The notes: generated by a model not told the origin, from the sequence alone. Positions 7,735 to 16,311 are shown, counted from the first letter of the stretch. The stretch: DNA of 32,000 bases from Opitutia bacterium KCR 482 (GCA_029269845.2 CP149973.1:450001-482000); one strand, 5' to 3'. Numbers and translations are program-made.

Positions 7735-8869
7735 CTATTCGTCGTCGTCCTGAATGTAGTTTTTGTTGCGGGTGGTCGGGCCGCCCGCGCGCAGCCACGC
7801 GTTGATGAAAAGGTCTATGTCGCCGTCCATCACCGCCTGCAAATTGCCCGTTTCCGCGCCCGTCCGCAGGTCTTTCACCATCTGGTAGGGCTGGAAAACG
7901 TAGCTTCTGATTTGGTTGCCCCACGAAATTTCGCCCTTTTCGCCGTAGAATCTGTCCATCTCGGCGCGTTTTTGGTCGAGCAGTTTTTCGTAGAGCCGGC
8001 TTTTGAGGATTTTCATTGCGCTCGCCTTGTTCTTGAACTGCGACCGCTCGTTCTGGCACGCCACGACTATCCCCGACGGTATGTGCGTTATGCGCACCGC
8101 GCTCTCGGTTTTGTTGACGTGCTGGCCGCCCTTGCCGCTGGAACGGTAGGTGTCTATCTTCAAGTCTTCCTCCTTGATATCCATGTCGATGTCGTCCTCG
8201 ATTTCCGCGATTACATCGACCGACGCAAACGACGTGTGCCTGCGCTTGTTCGCGTCGAACGGGCTGATGCGCACAAGCCTGTGCACCCCGCGCTCCGCCT
8301 TGGAGTATCCGTACGCGTTAGGCCCCACAATTCTGAACGTGATTTTCGAAACGCCCGCCTCTTCGCCGTCCTGAACGTCCTCAATCTCGACCTTGAAGCC
8401 GCGGCGTTCCGCCCAGCGCATGTACATTCTGAAAAGCATTTCCGCCCAGTCGCAACTTTCAGTGCCGCCCGCGCCAGCGTGGATTGTCATGATTGCGTTC
8501 GAAGAGTCGAGCGGCCCGCTGAGGAAAGACTCTATCTCGATTTTGTCCAATTCCGAGTGAAGCTTGGTTGTCTCTGCGGCAAGCTCTGCGGCGAGCGATT
8601 CGTCGTTGTCGGACTCCTCCGCAAGCTCGAAAAGCGCGTTGAGGTCGTCCACGCGGCGTTTCAAAGCCGTCTGCGGCGCGACAAGCCCCTTCAAGCGGGT
8701 GAGTTCGGACACGATTTTCTGCGCCTCGGCCTGATTGTCCCAAAAATCCTGCCGAGCCATCTGGGCTTCGAGTTCCTCTATTTTTGCGCACTTCGACGGT
8801 ACGTCAAAGAAACCTCCATAAATACCCCGCCCTTTTCGAGATGTCCTCGGCGGCGGCCTTGATTTCCAT
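7735..8869 (-). CDS. prfB: Peptide chain release factor 2, expressed through a programmed +1 ribosomal frameshift
   Basis: The main frame (7735..8805) carries the SPF motif ([15 protein letters not shown]) and the GGQ motif ([19 protein letters not shown]). The N-terminal 21 codons ([24 protein letters not shown] at 8869) are in the 0 frame and end at an in-frame TGA (8806-8804) within CTT TGA C. Shifting +1 gives [24 protein letters not shown]... Confidence 0.95.
8803..8817 (-). promoter_or_regulatory. RF2 autoregulatory +1 frameshift site (internal SD + CUU UGA C)
   Basis: Minus-strand GGAGG-TTT-CTT-TGA-C. The spacing of the SD-like element to the slippery CTT is the same 3 nt as in the E. 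coli prfB site (AGGGGG-TAT-CTT-TGA-C). Confidence 0.9.
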
Positions 8870-9006
8870 GTCTACTATCATGAATTGCATTTTCGGAAAA
8901 TTGCGCCCGCATATCAACACAAAAAAGCTTGAAAAGAAAAATCCGCTCGCGATACTTAATTACAAATGCGTTCGCGTGGAACGCCGAACTTTCAACAAAA
9001 ATCTAT

Positions 9007-9378
9007 ATGTCAGACGAACAAACACCCCCCCCATTCCCCGAAAACACGGCTCCCAAGCCCGTAGCTCCCGCGCAGGAAGCACCCAAAGCCGCACCCGCGG
9101 CGACTCCCGTGGCGCAAGTCTCCCCCGCTCCCGCGGCAACCGCGCCGACGGTTTCGGCAACACCCGTAGCTCCCGCGCCGGCGGCGGCACGCCCCGCGGC
9201 GGCAGCCCCCAAATTCGACCTTCCCAAAGCGAAATACGGAATCGCGAATAAAGCGGGGGCACCCGTACAGGTTCAGGTTAAGAAATCCGACAATCCGTCG
9301 ATATTGTCGGTGGCGATTGACGGTCTCGCCGCGGCGGTCGCGGTGGCATTCGCCGTTTTAATTATTTTGGACATCTAA
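9007..9378 (+). CDS. Pro/Ala-rich protein with a C-terminal transmembrane anchor, 123 aa
   Basis: Start at MSDEQTPPP (internal Met of track ORF 8929..9378). It has about 85 residues of P/A/T/V low-complexity sequence, then KKSDNPSILSVAIDGLAAAVAVAFAVLIILDI (a single C-terminal TM). Its stop is 3 nt before the trxA ATG. Confidence 0.6.
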   Translation: MSDEQTPPPFPENTAPKPVAPAQEAPKAAPAATPVAQVSPAPAATAPTVSATPVAPAPAAARPAAAAPKFDLPKAKYGIANKAGAPVQVQVKKSDNPSILSVAIDGLAAAVAVAFAVLIILDI

Positions 9379-9381
9379 ATT

Positions 9382-9702
9382 ATGTCGGGAAAAGTAATAC
9401 ACTTAAATTCGAATAACTTCGATAAAACGGTAAACTCGGACAAGCCCGTGCTTGTCGATTTCTGGGCGACATGGTGCGGCCCGTGCCGCATGCTTGGCCC
9501 TACAATAGAAGCCCTCGCAGAGGAGATGGGCGATAACGCGCTCGTCTGCAAGCTCGACGTCGACCAAGCGCCCGAAATTGCCGATAAATTCGGAATCACC
9601 GCAGTCCCCACCCTCATCTTCTTCCGCAAGGGACAGAAAATCGGCACAAGCCCGATGGCGTCGAAAGACGAACTCAAAGCGAGGCTCGAACAACTCGCAT
9701 AA
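9382..9702 (+). CDS. trxA: Thioredoxin, 106 aa
   Basis: Canonical length and the active site WATWCGPCRMLGP. The flanking FWA..., ..VPTLIFF..G motifs are also present. Confidence 0.97.
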   Translation: MSGKVIHLNSNNFDKTVNSDKPVLVDFWATWCGPCRMLGPTIEALAEEMGDNALVCKLDVDQAPEIADKFGITAVPTLIFFRKGQKIGTSPMASKDELKARLEQLA

Positions 9703-9720
9703 CCCCCCAAAAAAAACTCC

Positions 9721-9752
9721 AAAAGGCGGACTCCAACAAGTTCGCCTTTTTT
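9721..9752 (+). terminator. Rho-independent terminator of trxA
   Basis: Stem AAAAGGCGGAC/GTTCGCCTTTT (one G-U pair) with an 8-nt loop, followed by a T-run extending to 9752. Confidence 0.7.
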
Positions 9753-9861
9753 GCGTGTAAAATCAGTAGAACGTTGTGGAATGGGAAAGGCAAATAATCG
9801 TAAGCAACCGCAAGCGGTTTAAAAGGGAATACATTCCCAGAAGTGCCTTATCGACGGCGAC

Positions 9862-9896
9862 AAAAAAGCCCGCAAGGGTGTAAATTTGCGGGCTTT
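9862..9896 (-). terminator. Rho-independent terminator of ssrA
   Basis: Stem AGCCCGCAA/TTGCGGGCT (9867-9875/9886-9894). On the minus strand it is followed by TTTTTT (complement of 9862-9867). It sits immediately 3' of the tmRNA CCA end. Confidence 0.8.
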
Positions 9897-9900
9897 TAAA

Positions 9901-10253
9901 TGGTGGAGGTGAGGGGAGTTGAACCCCTGTCCTTATCGCCTTCGGGCATACTGTCTACATGTGTAGCCGTACTTTGTGCTTTATTCGGGCTTGGGATACG
10001 GCTACCGTCCCGAATGCATTGTCCGCAATGTGGCGGCCGTTAATCCGGACAAGTACCAACGACCCCTGTTCCCAATGTCGACGCCGGATTCCGCTTATTG
10101 GGAGTCGGCGGGCCGACGTGCCGCGTTAATTAAGCAGCAATAGCGTATTCTTCGCCATTTATTGTTTTGTGTGATACATTTTTACGGAGCCAAGTATCAT
10201 CTCCGACATGCAAGCATGGCCTACAACCATAAGTCGAATTCCGGAACACCCCC
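9901..10253 (-). ncRNA. ssrA: tmRNA (transfer-messenger RNA), about 353 nt
   Basis: The minus strand starts GGGGGUGUUCCGGAAUUCGAC and ends GGACAGGGGUUCAACUCCCCUCACCUCCACCA. This gives an acceptor stem with the G3-U70 alanine identity pair, a T-arm and an encoded CCA. The internal tag frame is ...GGC GAA GAA UAC GCU AUU GCU GCU UAA (..GEEYAIAA*), preceded by the CUCCGUAAAAA-type region as in E. coli. Confidence 0.93.
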
Positions 10254-10410
10254 GAATCTGTTTACGGCTTTCGCTATTTTGTTTTTTTCTTTCTCGGCAT
10301 TTTTTCCGATTTTTCAAGTTTTTTTTTCGCCCTGCTCTAAATCGCTTGACTTTTACGCGCCCCGCGCCCATCTTCGATTTTTTAATCAATATTAACTTAC
10401 ATTTCCCTCG

Positions 10411-12168
10411 ATGCTGAATTTTTCCGAGCAATGCATGGATATGGCCCGCTCCATTTTGGGCAAAAACATTGACGCTATCAACGCTGACGGTTCGATTATT
10501 CCCGTCGAAAACGAATCGTCCCTCGATTTCGAACCCGGCCATGCCGCCCTCGCCTTGGGCGAATTCTACCGTGCGACGGGGCTTACGGAAATTGAAGGCC
10601 GCGACATTGTAGACCTTTGCGCGCGCTGCATCACCGCCCAGACAAACGACAAGGAGTACACCGAAGACGGCCTCGCCTACTCCTCGCTCGGACTCCTCTC
10701 TTTCGGCCCGTCGAAAGACCGCAATGCCGTTTGGGACAGGCTTCTCGAAGAAACCCAGAAGAACCTCGACAAGCGTCTGCTCTCGCGCACCGACTATGAC
10801 GACCATTTCCAGATTTTCAACATCGCGAAAGCCGTTGCGCGTTTCAGCATGGGGCTTAGCAAGAAAGACGAAACCGGCAAGCTCATAGACAGATTCCTCG
10901 AACGCATTCAGCAGACGTCGTCGGGCAAGTATTTCGACGACAAGCCGCAAGGCTCGCTCGACGGCGTGTTCGACCTGTGCGGCGTGGTGTCGTTCGTGTT
11001 CATCAGGCAGTCGTTGCAGCTCCACGCGAACATGCATTTGCGCGACAGAAAAATTCCGTCGCTGCGCACGTTTGCGGAAAAGTATTTGAGGCTTCTGCCC
11101 GACATCGTGCGCTCGGACGGCCTCGGCTGGGCGTTCGGCAGAAATCTTGGCGCGTACGGGCAAATGCACTGCATTTCGATGATTCTGCAAGCCATGCGCG
11201 ACGGCTGGATTGCCGAAGACAAAATGCCCGAATACATGGACATTCTCCGCCGCCTCTTCCAGTTCTTCTTCATGACATACCTCAACCAGGAGCACGGCTA
11301 CCTCGTAATTCGCGACGCCGAGCGTTCCGCCGCGGCGGGCTGCACAACGCGCATGGCGAATTTCGACGCCGCCCGCTACCTCTGCCAGTGGTCGCGTCTG
11401 GCGAAGACCGTCGGACGCCAAATGCAGGCGAAGCAGTCCGAAATGAAGTCGGGCGGCAAGTATGTAATTTTCGACAATTCCTCGCGCAAGGAACAGGGGC
11501 TGTTTGTCTACACGAACGCCGCCACGGGCATGCACTTGCATTTGCCGCTCATCGCCCCCGGAGAAAAGAACATTTCGTCGTCGCTTGCGTTCCCGCACAT
11601 GCCGGGAGTTTTCGACTGGCCGGCTGACAGATACCTGCCCGTGCTCGTGCCCGAACTCACTTTCGGCGACAAAATTACGACGCCGTCGTACTACGGCAAG
11701 CGCTGCACGACGGGCTTGGGGCTGCGCAATTCGTTCTTCTTCCGCTACGAACAGCCGGAGCTGATTACCGCCGACGGCGAAATCGTAAAGGGCTTGGGTT
11801 CGTGCAAAGTTTCGTGGTCGTTTAGCGGCAACAAAATTACGGGCGATTTCATCTACACGGTGCACAACCAAATCACGCTCGACAAGTTCAGGCTCGTCGT
11901 GGCAATCGGCTCGCCGCACACGGAATACCACGTCCCGATGACCTACGCAATCGGCGAAAAAGGCTTGGGCGTCGGAATAGAAAAGGACGATTTTCAGGCG
12001 AATTGGCTCGACACGGAAGTCGTAAGCGAAGACCCGCAGTACCGCTCCTATTGGGGGAATATCCACTACTTGCAGGTTTACGCGCGCGACAGGGCAATGG
12101 TCATGCGTCCCGGAGTGCAGTACCGCATTACGCTGTCGCTCGACCCCGACATCGCGTTTGCCGAGTAG
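10411..12168 (+). CDS. Conserved-looking hypothetical protein, 585 aa, no signal peptide
   Basis: Long ORF with normal amino-acid composition, in contrast to its Arg/Ala-rich antisense shadow ORF 10159..12180. The N-terminal part of about 330 aa looks helical and the C-terminal part of about 250 aa looks beta-rich. I recognise no family motifs. Confidence 0.8.
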   Translation: MLNFSEQCMDMARSILGKNIDAINADGSIIPVENESSLDFEPGHAALALGEFYRATGLTEIEGRDIVDLCARCITAQTNDKEYTEDGLAYSSLGLLSFGPSKDRNAVWDRLLEETQKNLDKRLLSRTDYDDHFQIFNIAKAVARFSMGLSKKDETGKLIDRFLERIQQTSSGKYFDDKPQGSLDGVFDLCGVVSFVFIRQSLQLHANMHLRDRKIPSLRTFAEKYLRLLPDIVRSDGLGWAFGRNLGAYGQMHCISMILQAMRDGWIAEDKMPEYMDILRRLFQFFFMTYLNQEHGYLVIRDAERSAAAGCTTRMANFDAARYLCQWSRLAKTVGRQMQAKQSEMKSGGKYVIFDNSSRKEQGLFVYTNAATGMHLHLPLIAPGEKNISSSLAFPHMPGVFDWPADRYLPVLVPELTFGDKITTPSYYGKRCTTGLGLRNSFFFRYEQPELITADGEIVKGLGSCKVSWSFSGNKITGDFIYTVHNQITLDKFRLVVAIGSPHTEYHVPMTYAIGEKGLGVGIEKDDFQANWLDTEVVSEDPQYRSYWGNIHYLQVYARDRAMVMRPGVQYRITLSLDPDIAFAE

Positions 12169-12185
12169 GACTTGTTTCAAAACAG

Positions 12186-12220
12186 AAAAAAGCGAAGCCG
12201 CAAACGGCTTCGCTTTTTTG
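12186..12220. terminator. Bidirectional Rho-independent terminator between convergent genes
   Basis: 10-bp stem AGCGAAGCCG/CGGCTTCGCT (12191-12200/12205-12214) with loop CAAA, flanked by A5-6 upstream and T6 downstream. Confidence 0.85.
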
Positions 12221-12268
12221 TTTGTGGGCGGCGGGTTTTCGGCGTCCGCCGAGGCGCGGATTGCGCGT

Positions 12269-13171
12269 TTATTTTTTCATCATTTTCAGAACGTCTTTGA
12301 GAGACGAGTGCGATTGCGCCCCCGCTTTCGTGATTTTGAGCGCAGCGGCGGCGGACGCGAATTTTACGGCGGAGTCGATGTCGTCGAAAAGCTTGAAGCC
12401 CGCAAGCAGCGAACCCGTAAAGCAGTCGCCCGCGCCCACGGTGTCAATCGGGCGCACGGAATACGCCGCGTAGCGTCTTTCGCCGTCTGCGTTGAAGAGA
12501 GCGCAGCCGCGTTCGCCGAGCGTTATCAGCACGTTTTTGACGCCCTTTTTCAGCAGAGACTTCGCCGCTTTCTGCATGCTCGTGAAGCCGCGCTGAACCT
12601 GCAAAATCTCGATTTCGTTCGGAACGAGAAAATCGACGTTTTTGAGAATTTCGTCGTCGAGCAGCTTTGCGGGCGCGGGGGTAAGAACCGTCGTGCACCC
12701 CGCCGCCTTTGCGAGTTTCAGCCCCTCCGCGACGGTTTCGAGCGGATTTTCAAGCTGGAAAGCAATGTGCGAGAATTTCGAGAAGTCGATTTTCTTCATG
12801 TCCTCTGGCGTAAGCAGCGAGTTTGCGCCGGGGGCTACGGTGATGATATTCTGCCCCTCTTTTGCGACGGTAATCAGGGCAACCCCCGTGTGCGCTCCCT
12901 TGCAGATTTTCACGAGCGACACGTCCATGCCGCGCTCGACAAGGTATTCGAGGTACGAGCGTCCGATGTCGTCGTCGCCAAGCCCCGCGCAGAACGCGGT
13001 ATTTTCGAAAAGCGTTTTTGCGGCGACCGCCTGATTCGCGCCCTTGCCGCCCTCGTGTTTCGAGAAAACCCCGCCGAGCACGGTCTCTCCCGTTCGGGGA
13101 ATTTTCGCCGACTTAACGACCATATCGACATTTGCGCTTCCGACCACGAGTATTTTTCTATCGTCCTTCAT
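12269..13171 (-). CDS. rbsK: Ribokinase (PfkB family), 300 aa
   Basis: ILVVGSANVDMVV, GGKGANQAVAA and the C-terminal DTVGAGDCFTGSLLAG anion-hole/catalytic motif. AGGAGA Shine-Dalgarno 8 nt upstream of the ATG. Confidence 0.9.
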   Translation of the reverse strand: MKDDRKILVVGSANVDMVVKSAKIPRTGETVLGGVFSKHEGGKGANQAVAAKTLFENTAFCAGLGDDDIGRSYLEYLVERGMDVSLVKICKGAHTGVALITVAKEGQNIITVAPGANSLLTPEDMKKIDFSKFSHIAFQLENPLETVAEGLKLAKAAGCTTVLTPAPAKLLDDEILKNVDFLVPNEIEILQVQRGFTSMQKAAKSLLKKGVKNVLITLGERGCALFNADGERRYAAYSVRPIDTVGAGDCFTGSLLAGFKLFDDIDSAVKFASAAAALKITKAGAQSHSSLKDVLKMMKK

Positions 13172-13269
13172 AAAAATTTTTCTCCTATTGTTTCATTTTA
13201 TCGGCTTACGACATCAGAGTCAAAGACGCTCAAAGTCAATAGCAAAAGAAAAAATTTTTGCGGACGCGC

Positions 13270-13303
13270 AAAAAAAACGGACGCCCCTCAGTGGAGGCGT
13301 CCG
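13270..13303 (-). terminator. Rho-independent terminator of glyQS
   Basis: Stem CGGACGCC/GGCGTCCG (13278-13285/13296-13303). On the minus strand it is followed by T8 (complement of A-run 13270-13277). Confidence 0.8.
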
Positions 13304-13327
13304 CCGAAAGCGTTTGCGCGGCGCGGG

Positions 13328-14833
13328 CTATCCGTCGATTTTTTCGGAGAGGAACGCCACGAGCTCCGATTCGCTCATGCGAACCTGTTTTGTGGAGTCG
13401 CGGTCTCTCAGCGTTACCGTACCGTCGCCCTCGATTGTCTGGAAGTCTACGGTGATTCCGAACGGCGTGCCGATTTCGTCCTGACGGCGGTAGCGGCGGC
13501 CGATTGCCCCCGACGCGTCGAAGAAGATGTTCCAGCGGCGGCGGAGCTTTTTGTAGAGGGCTTCCGCGTGCGCGTAGAGTTCGGGCTTGTTCTTGACCAG
13601 CGGGAAAACCGCCGCCTTGAACGGCGCGACGCGCGGGCTGAATTTAAGCAGAATGCGCTTTTCGGGCTGACCCTTGTCGTTGGGAACTTCGTCCTCTTCG
13701 TAGGCGGCGGACATTACCGCAAGGAATGTGCGGTCTACGCCGAGCGACGGCTCGATGACGTGCGGCAGGTACTTTTCCTTGCGGGCTTCGTCGAAGTATT
13801 CAAGGTTCTTGCCCGACGCGTTTTGGTGCTGGGTAAGGTCGAAGTTTCCGCGAACGGCAATGCCCTGCAATTCCTGCAAGCCGTGCGGGAAGTGGAAAGT
13901 GATGTCGGTGCACGCCTTCGCGTAGTGCGCAAGCTTTTCCTGCGGGTGGACGTCCTCCGCGAGAGCGTCGGCGGGAAGCCCGATGGATACGAACCACGCC
14001 TTGCATGCGTCAATCCACTGGCGGTGGAGCGTCTTCCAGTCGTCGTAGGGCGAGATGAAGTATTCTATTTCCATCTGCTCGAACTCCCTGCTGCGGAAGA
14101 TGAAGTTGCGCGGCGTGATTTCGTTTCTGAAAGCCTTGCCGATTTGCGCGATGCCGAAGGGCACTTTTACGCGCGTGGTGTCGCAGATGTTTTTGAAGTC
14201 GGCAAAAATGCCCTGCGCGGTTTCGGGGCGGAGGTAGGCGATTGCCGTTTCGTCGCGCATTGCGCCGACGTATGTCTGGAACATGAGGTTGAAGTCGCGC
14301 GGCGGCGTGAGCGTGCCGGCGTTGCCCGTTGCGGGCGAGGGAATGAGGTCGTACTCAAATGGCTTTGCGTCCATGTAGTTTTTGAGGACGACTTCGCCGA
14401 GTTCGCCCTGGCGCGCGAGCTTGCGTTTGAGTTCCGCCGCCTTTTTCTCGGCGTCCTTTTGCATGTTCTCGTCTTCGAGGACGCTGACGTAGCCGATTGT
14501 CTCGCCGTCAACCTTGACTTCCGCGAAGAAAATCTGGTCGGCGCGGAAGCGGAGCTTCGACTCCTTGCAGTCAACCATCGGGTCGGAAAAGCCCGCGACG
14601 TGTCCCGACGCGCGCCAAACGTCGGGGTGCATGATTATAGACGCGTCGAGACCCACGATGTCGTCGCGCCCGTGTACAAAGTCGTTCCACCATGCGCGTT
14701 TAATGTTGTTTTTGAGTTCAACGCCGAGCGGACCGTAGTCGAAAAATCCGTTAAACCCGCCGTAGATTTCGGAGGAGCGGTAAATGAACCCCCTGCGCTT
14801 GCAGAGACCCTCGATTGTTGCCATATCGACCAT
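13328..14833 (-). CDS. glyQS: Glycine--tRNA ligase (homodimeric class II GlyRS), 501 aa
   Basis: Start at [49 protein letters not shown], which matches the canonical GlyQS N-terminus. The track's 66-codon upstream extension is rejected. AAGGAAA precedes the ATG. The C-terminal anticodon-binding region is present. Confidence 0.95.
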   Translation of the reverse strand: MVDMATIEGLCKRRGFIYRSSEIYGGFNGFFDYGPLGVELKNNIKRAWWNDFVHGRDDIVGLDASIIMHPDVWRASGHVAGFSDPMVDCKESKLRFRADQIFFAEVKVDGETIGYVSVLEDENMQKDAEKKAAELKRKLARQGELGEVVLKNYMDAKPFEYDLIPSPATGNAGTLTPPRDFNLMFQTYVGAMRDETAIAYLRPETAQGIFADFKNICDTTRVKVPFGIAQIGKAFRNEITPRNFIFRSREFEQMEIEYFISPYDDWKTLHRQWIDACKAWFVSIGLPADALAEDVHPQEKLAHYAKACTDITFHFPHGLQELQGIAVRGNFDLTQHQNASGKNLEYFDEARKEKYLPHVIEPSLGVDRTFLAVMSAAYEEDEVPNDKGQPEKRILLKFSPRVAPFKAAVFPLVKNKPELYAHAEALYKKLRRRWNIFFDASGAIGRRYRRQDEIGTPFGITVDFQTIEGDGTVTLRDRDSTKQVRMSESELVAFLSEKIDG

Positions 14834-15077
14834 GTTAGTTTCCTTTTCTGTATAAATAAAGAGTCGCCTTTTCGGACTTCCGAAATTCGGCTGAATATTC
14901 GACAATGAAACAGTATGTGTTTTTCGCAAGAAAATTTTAGCGTTTGGCAAAATATCCACCCGCGATTCCCTCCCATTTTTTCCCGACTTCGTCGAAACTT
15001 CCGCCCTCCCCTCCCGCGCCTTTTTACGCAAGTTTTTATTTGACGCAAGACGGCGCGACTATAATTTCGTCTTTTCT

Positions 15078-16133
15078 ATGAGGAAAACATTATTCATTCT
15101 TTTATCTTCGATTTTAACACTGTCGGCATTCGCGCAGTCGCAAAAAGACGCGTTCGCCGGCTTCTATAAGGGCAAAATTACGCTCGCCGACGGCAGCGAA
15201 CTCAAACGCGGATACCCCGTTTCGATGTATCCCGAAATCTACGCCGAAGTGTACAGAGGCCCGCAGGCAAAATACCGCGTCAAGATTCTCACGGGCATTC
15301 TCTCCCGCGCGGAAACGACTTCTTTTGCCGACGGGCTGACCGCCTCCGACGGAAAAATCGAATTCAAGACCTCCGAACCGCTCGCGCTCAAAGGCACGGC
15401 GACCCCGTCGGAAATCGTCGCAAGCGGCAAATACAACGGTCAGGACGTTAAAATCGACCTCAAACGCTTCGAATTTAAATCTCCCACACTCGGAGCAAAA
15501 GCCCCCAAGGGCGCAGTCGTGCTCTTCGACGGCACAGACCCCTCGAAGGAATGGGAACTCGTTTCCGCCCGCCAAACCCCCGTTAACTGGACTCTCAAAG
15601 ACGGCGCAATGACCGTCAAAACCGACGCCAAAAAGCCCGACGGCAAAAAGCTCAACACCACAATCGAATCGAAACGCGCGTTCGGCAAGTGCAAGCTCCA
15701 CATCGAATTCAACATTCCCCCGATGTACGACTGCCTCGGTCAGGCGCGCGCAAATTCGGGCGTGTTCTTCGGCCCGTACGAAATTCAGGTGCTCGACTCG
15801 TTCGGCGCGGAAGCCTCGTGGGACCACTGCGGCTCGGTCTACCGCCAGACGGCGTCGCAGTACAACGCCTCGCTCGAACCCGGCGCGTGGCAGACATACG
15901 ACATCATCTACACCCCCGCAAAATTCGAAGGCGACAAGTGCGTGGCGTTCCCGACATTCACGGTCTACCACAACGGCAAACGCGTCCAGTACGAAACGCC
16001 CGTTCCGTACTCCACAAGCATGCCTCTTAAAAAGATTGCGGAATTCAAACACCCCAAAGAACCCGTCAAGCTCAGGCTCCAAGACCACACGAACCCCGTT
16101 TCGTTCAGAAACATCTGGGTTCAGGAGCTGTAA
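15078..16133 (+). CDS. Secreted DUF1080 (3-keto-disaccharide hydrolase-like, concanavalin-type) domain protein, 351 aa
   Basis: Signal peptide MRKTLFILLSSILTLSAFAQS. The C-terminal half has the family hallmarks W.LKDGAMTV, ...FGKCKLHIEFNIP..., NSGVFF..YEIQVLDS and a terminal FRNIWVQEL. Confidence 0.85.
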   Translation: MRKTLFILLSSILTLSAFAQSQKDAFAGFYKGKITLADGSELKRGYPVSMYPEIYAEVYRGPQAKYRVKILTGILSRAETTSFADGLTASDGKIEFKTSEPLALKGTATPSEIVASGKYNGQDVKIDLKRFEFKSPTLGAKAPKGAVVLFDGTDPSKEWELVSARQTPVNWTLKDGAMTVKTDAKKPDGKKLNTTIESKRAFGKCKLHIEFNIPPMYDCLGQARANSGVFFGPYEIQVLDSFGAEASWDHCGSVYRQTASQYNASLEPGAWQTYDIIYTPAKFEGDKCVAFPTFTVYHNGKRVQYETPVPYSTSMPLKKIAEFKHPKEPVKLRLQDHTNPVSFRNIWVQEL

Positions 16134-16150
16134 TTTAGGCGGCATAGCGA

Positions 16151-16183
16151 AATGCGCGGCGGATTCCCCCGCGCATTTTTTTT
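16151..16183 (+). terminator. Rho-independent terminator
   Basis: Stem AATGCGCGG/CCGCGCATT (16151-16159/16169-16177) followed by T8. Confidence 0.8.
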
Positions 16184-16311
16184 GCCTTTTTGCTTAAACT
16201 CCGCCGGAAAAATCCGAATTTATGTCATTGACAATATTATTACGCGCGTAAAATTACACACAATATCGGACGAAAAAAACGCCCGACGGAAATTTCTGCA
16301 AAGGAATAAAA

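Noticed and set aside
7597-8862. 421-aa plus-strand ORF opposite prfB, and the 110-aa ORF 8459..8791
   Set aside because: prfB is unambiguous (SPF and GGQ motifs, frameshift site). These are shadow or alternative-frame ORFs.
9058-9178. 16-nt direct repeat cccgtagctcccgcgc
   Set aside because: It lies inside the Pro/Ala-rich coding region (encoding PVAPA twice). It is low-complexity coding repetition and not a regulatory or mobile repeat.
9806-9838. Two short palindromes (AACCGCAAGCGGTT and GGGAATACATTCCC) between trxA and ssrA
   Set aside because: They have 6-bp stems with 2-nt loops, which are too small to fold stably. No repeat of either motif occurs elsewhere in the window, so they are likely chance.
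10277-10327. Cluster of T-tracts upstream of ssrA / the 585-aa gene (possible curved DNA or UP element)
   Set aside because: The tracts are not helically phased (spacings of about 18, 11 and 8 nt), and I could not pair them with a convincing -35/-10 on either strand.
9760-10410. ssrA as a possible genomic-island integration site
   Set aside because: There is no integrase, no duplicated copy of the tmRNA 3' end and no compositional break on either side. The neighbours are trxA and an ordinary chromosomal ORF.
10159-12180. 673-aa ORF on the minus strand overlapping ssrA and the whole 585-aa gene
   Set aside because: It is a codon-aligned antisense shadow of 10411..12168. The product is Arg/Ala/Val-rich low-complexity sequence. 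It would run straight through the tmRNA gene and its terminator-free promoter region.
12158-14908. 916-aa ORF on the plus strand
   Set aside because: It is antisense to two unambiguous housekeeping genes (rbsK, glyQS) and crosses their intergenic terminator. It is in phase with their codons and has the composition typical of a shadow ORF.
13328-15031. Upstream-extended starts offered by the ORF track (glyQS 15031, porin 2972, mmdB 20875, mce 23944, paralogue B 31139, PA-rich protein 8929)
   Set aside because: In each case an internal Met gives the family-typical N-terminus or a proper signal peptide, often with an RBS. The extensions have atypical sequence or overlap the neighbouring gene.
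15040-15065. TTGACG ... TATAAT upstream of the DUF1080 gene
   Set aside because: The spacer is only 14 nt, outside the workable 16-18 nt range. The TATAAT alone (15060-15065) may still be a -10 element, but I cannot support a full promoter call.
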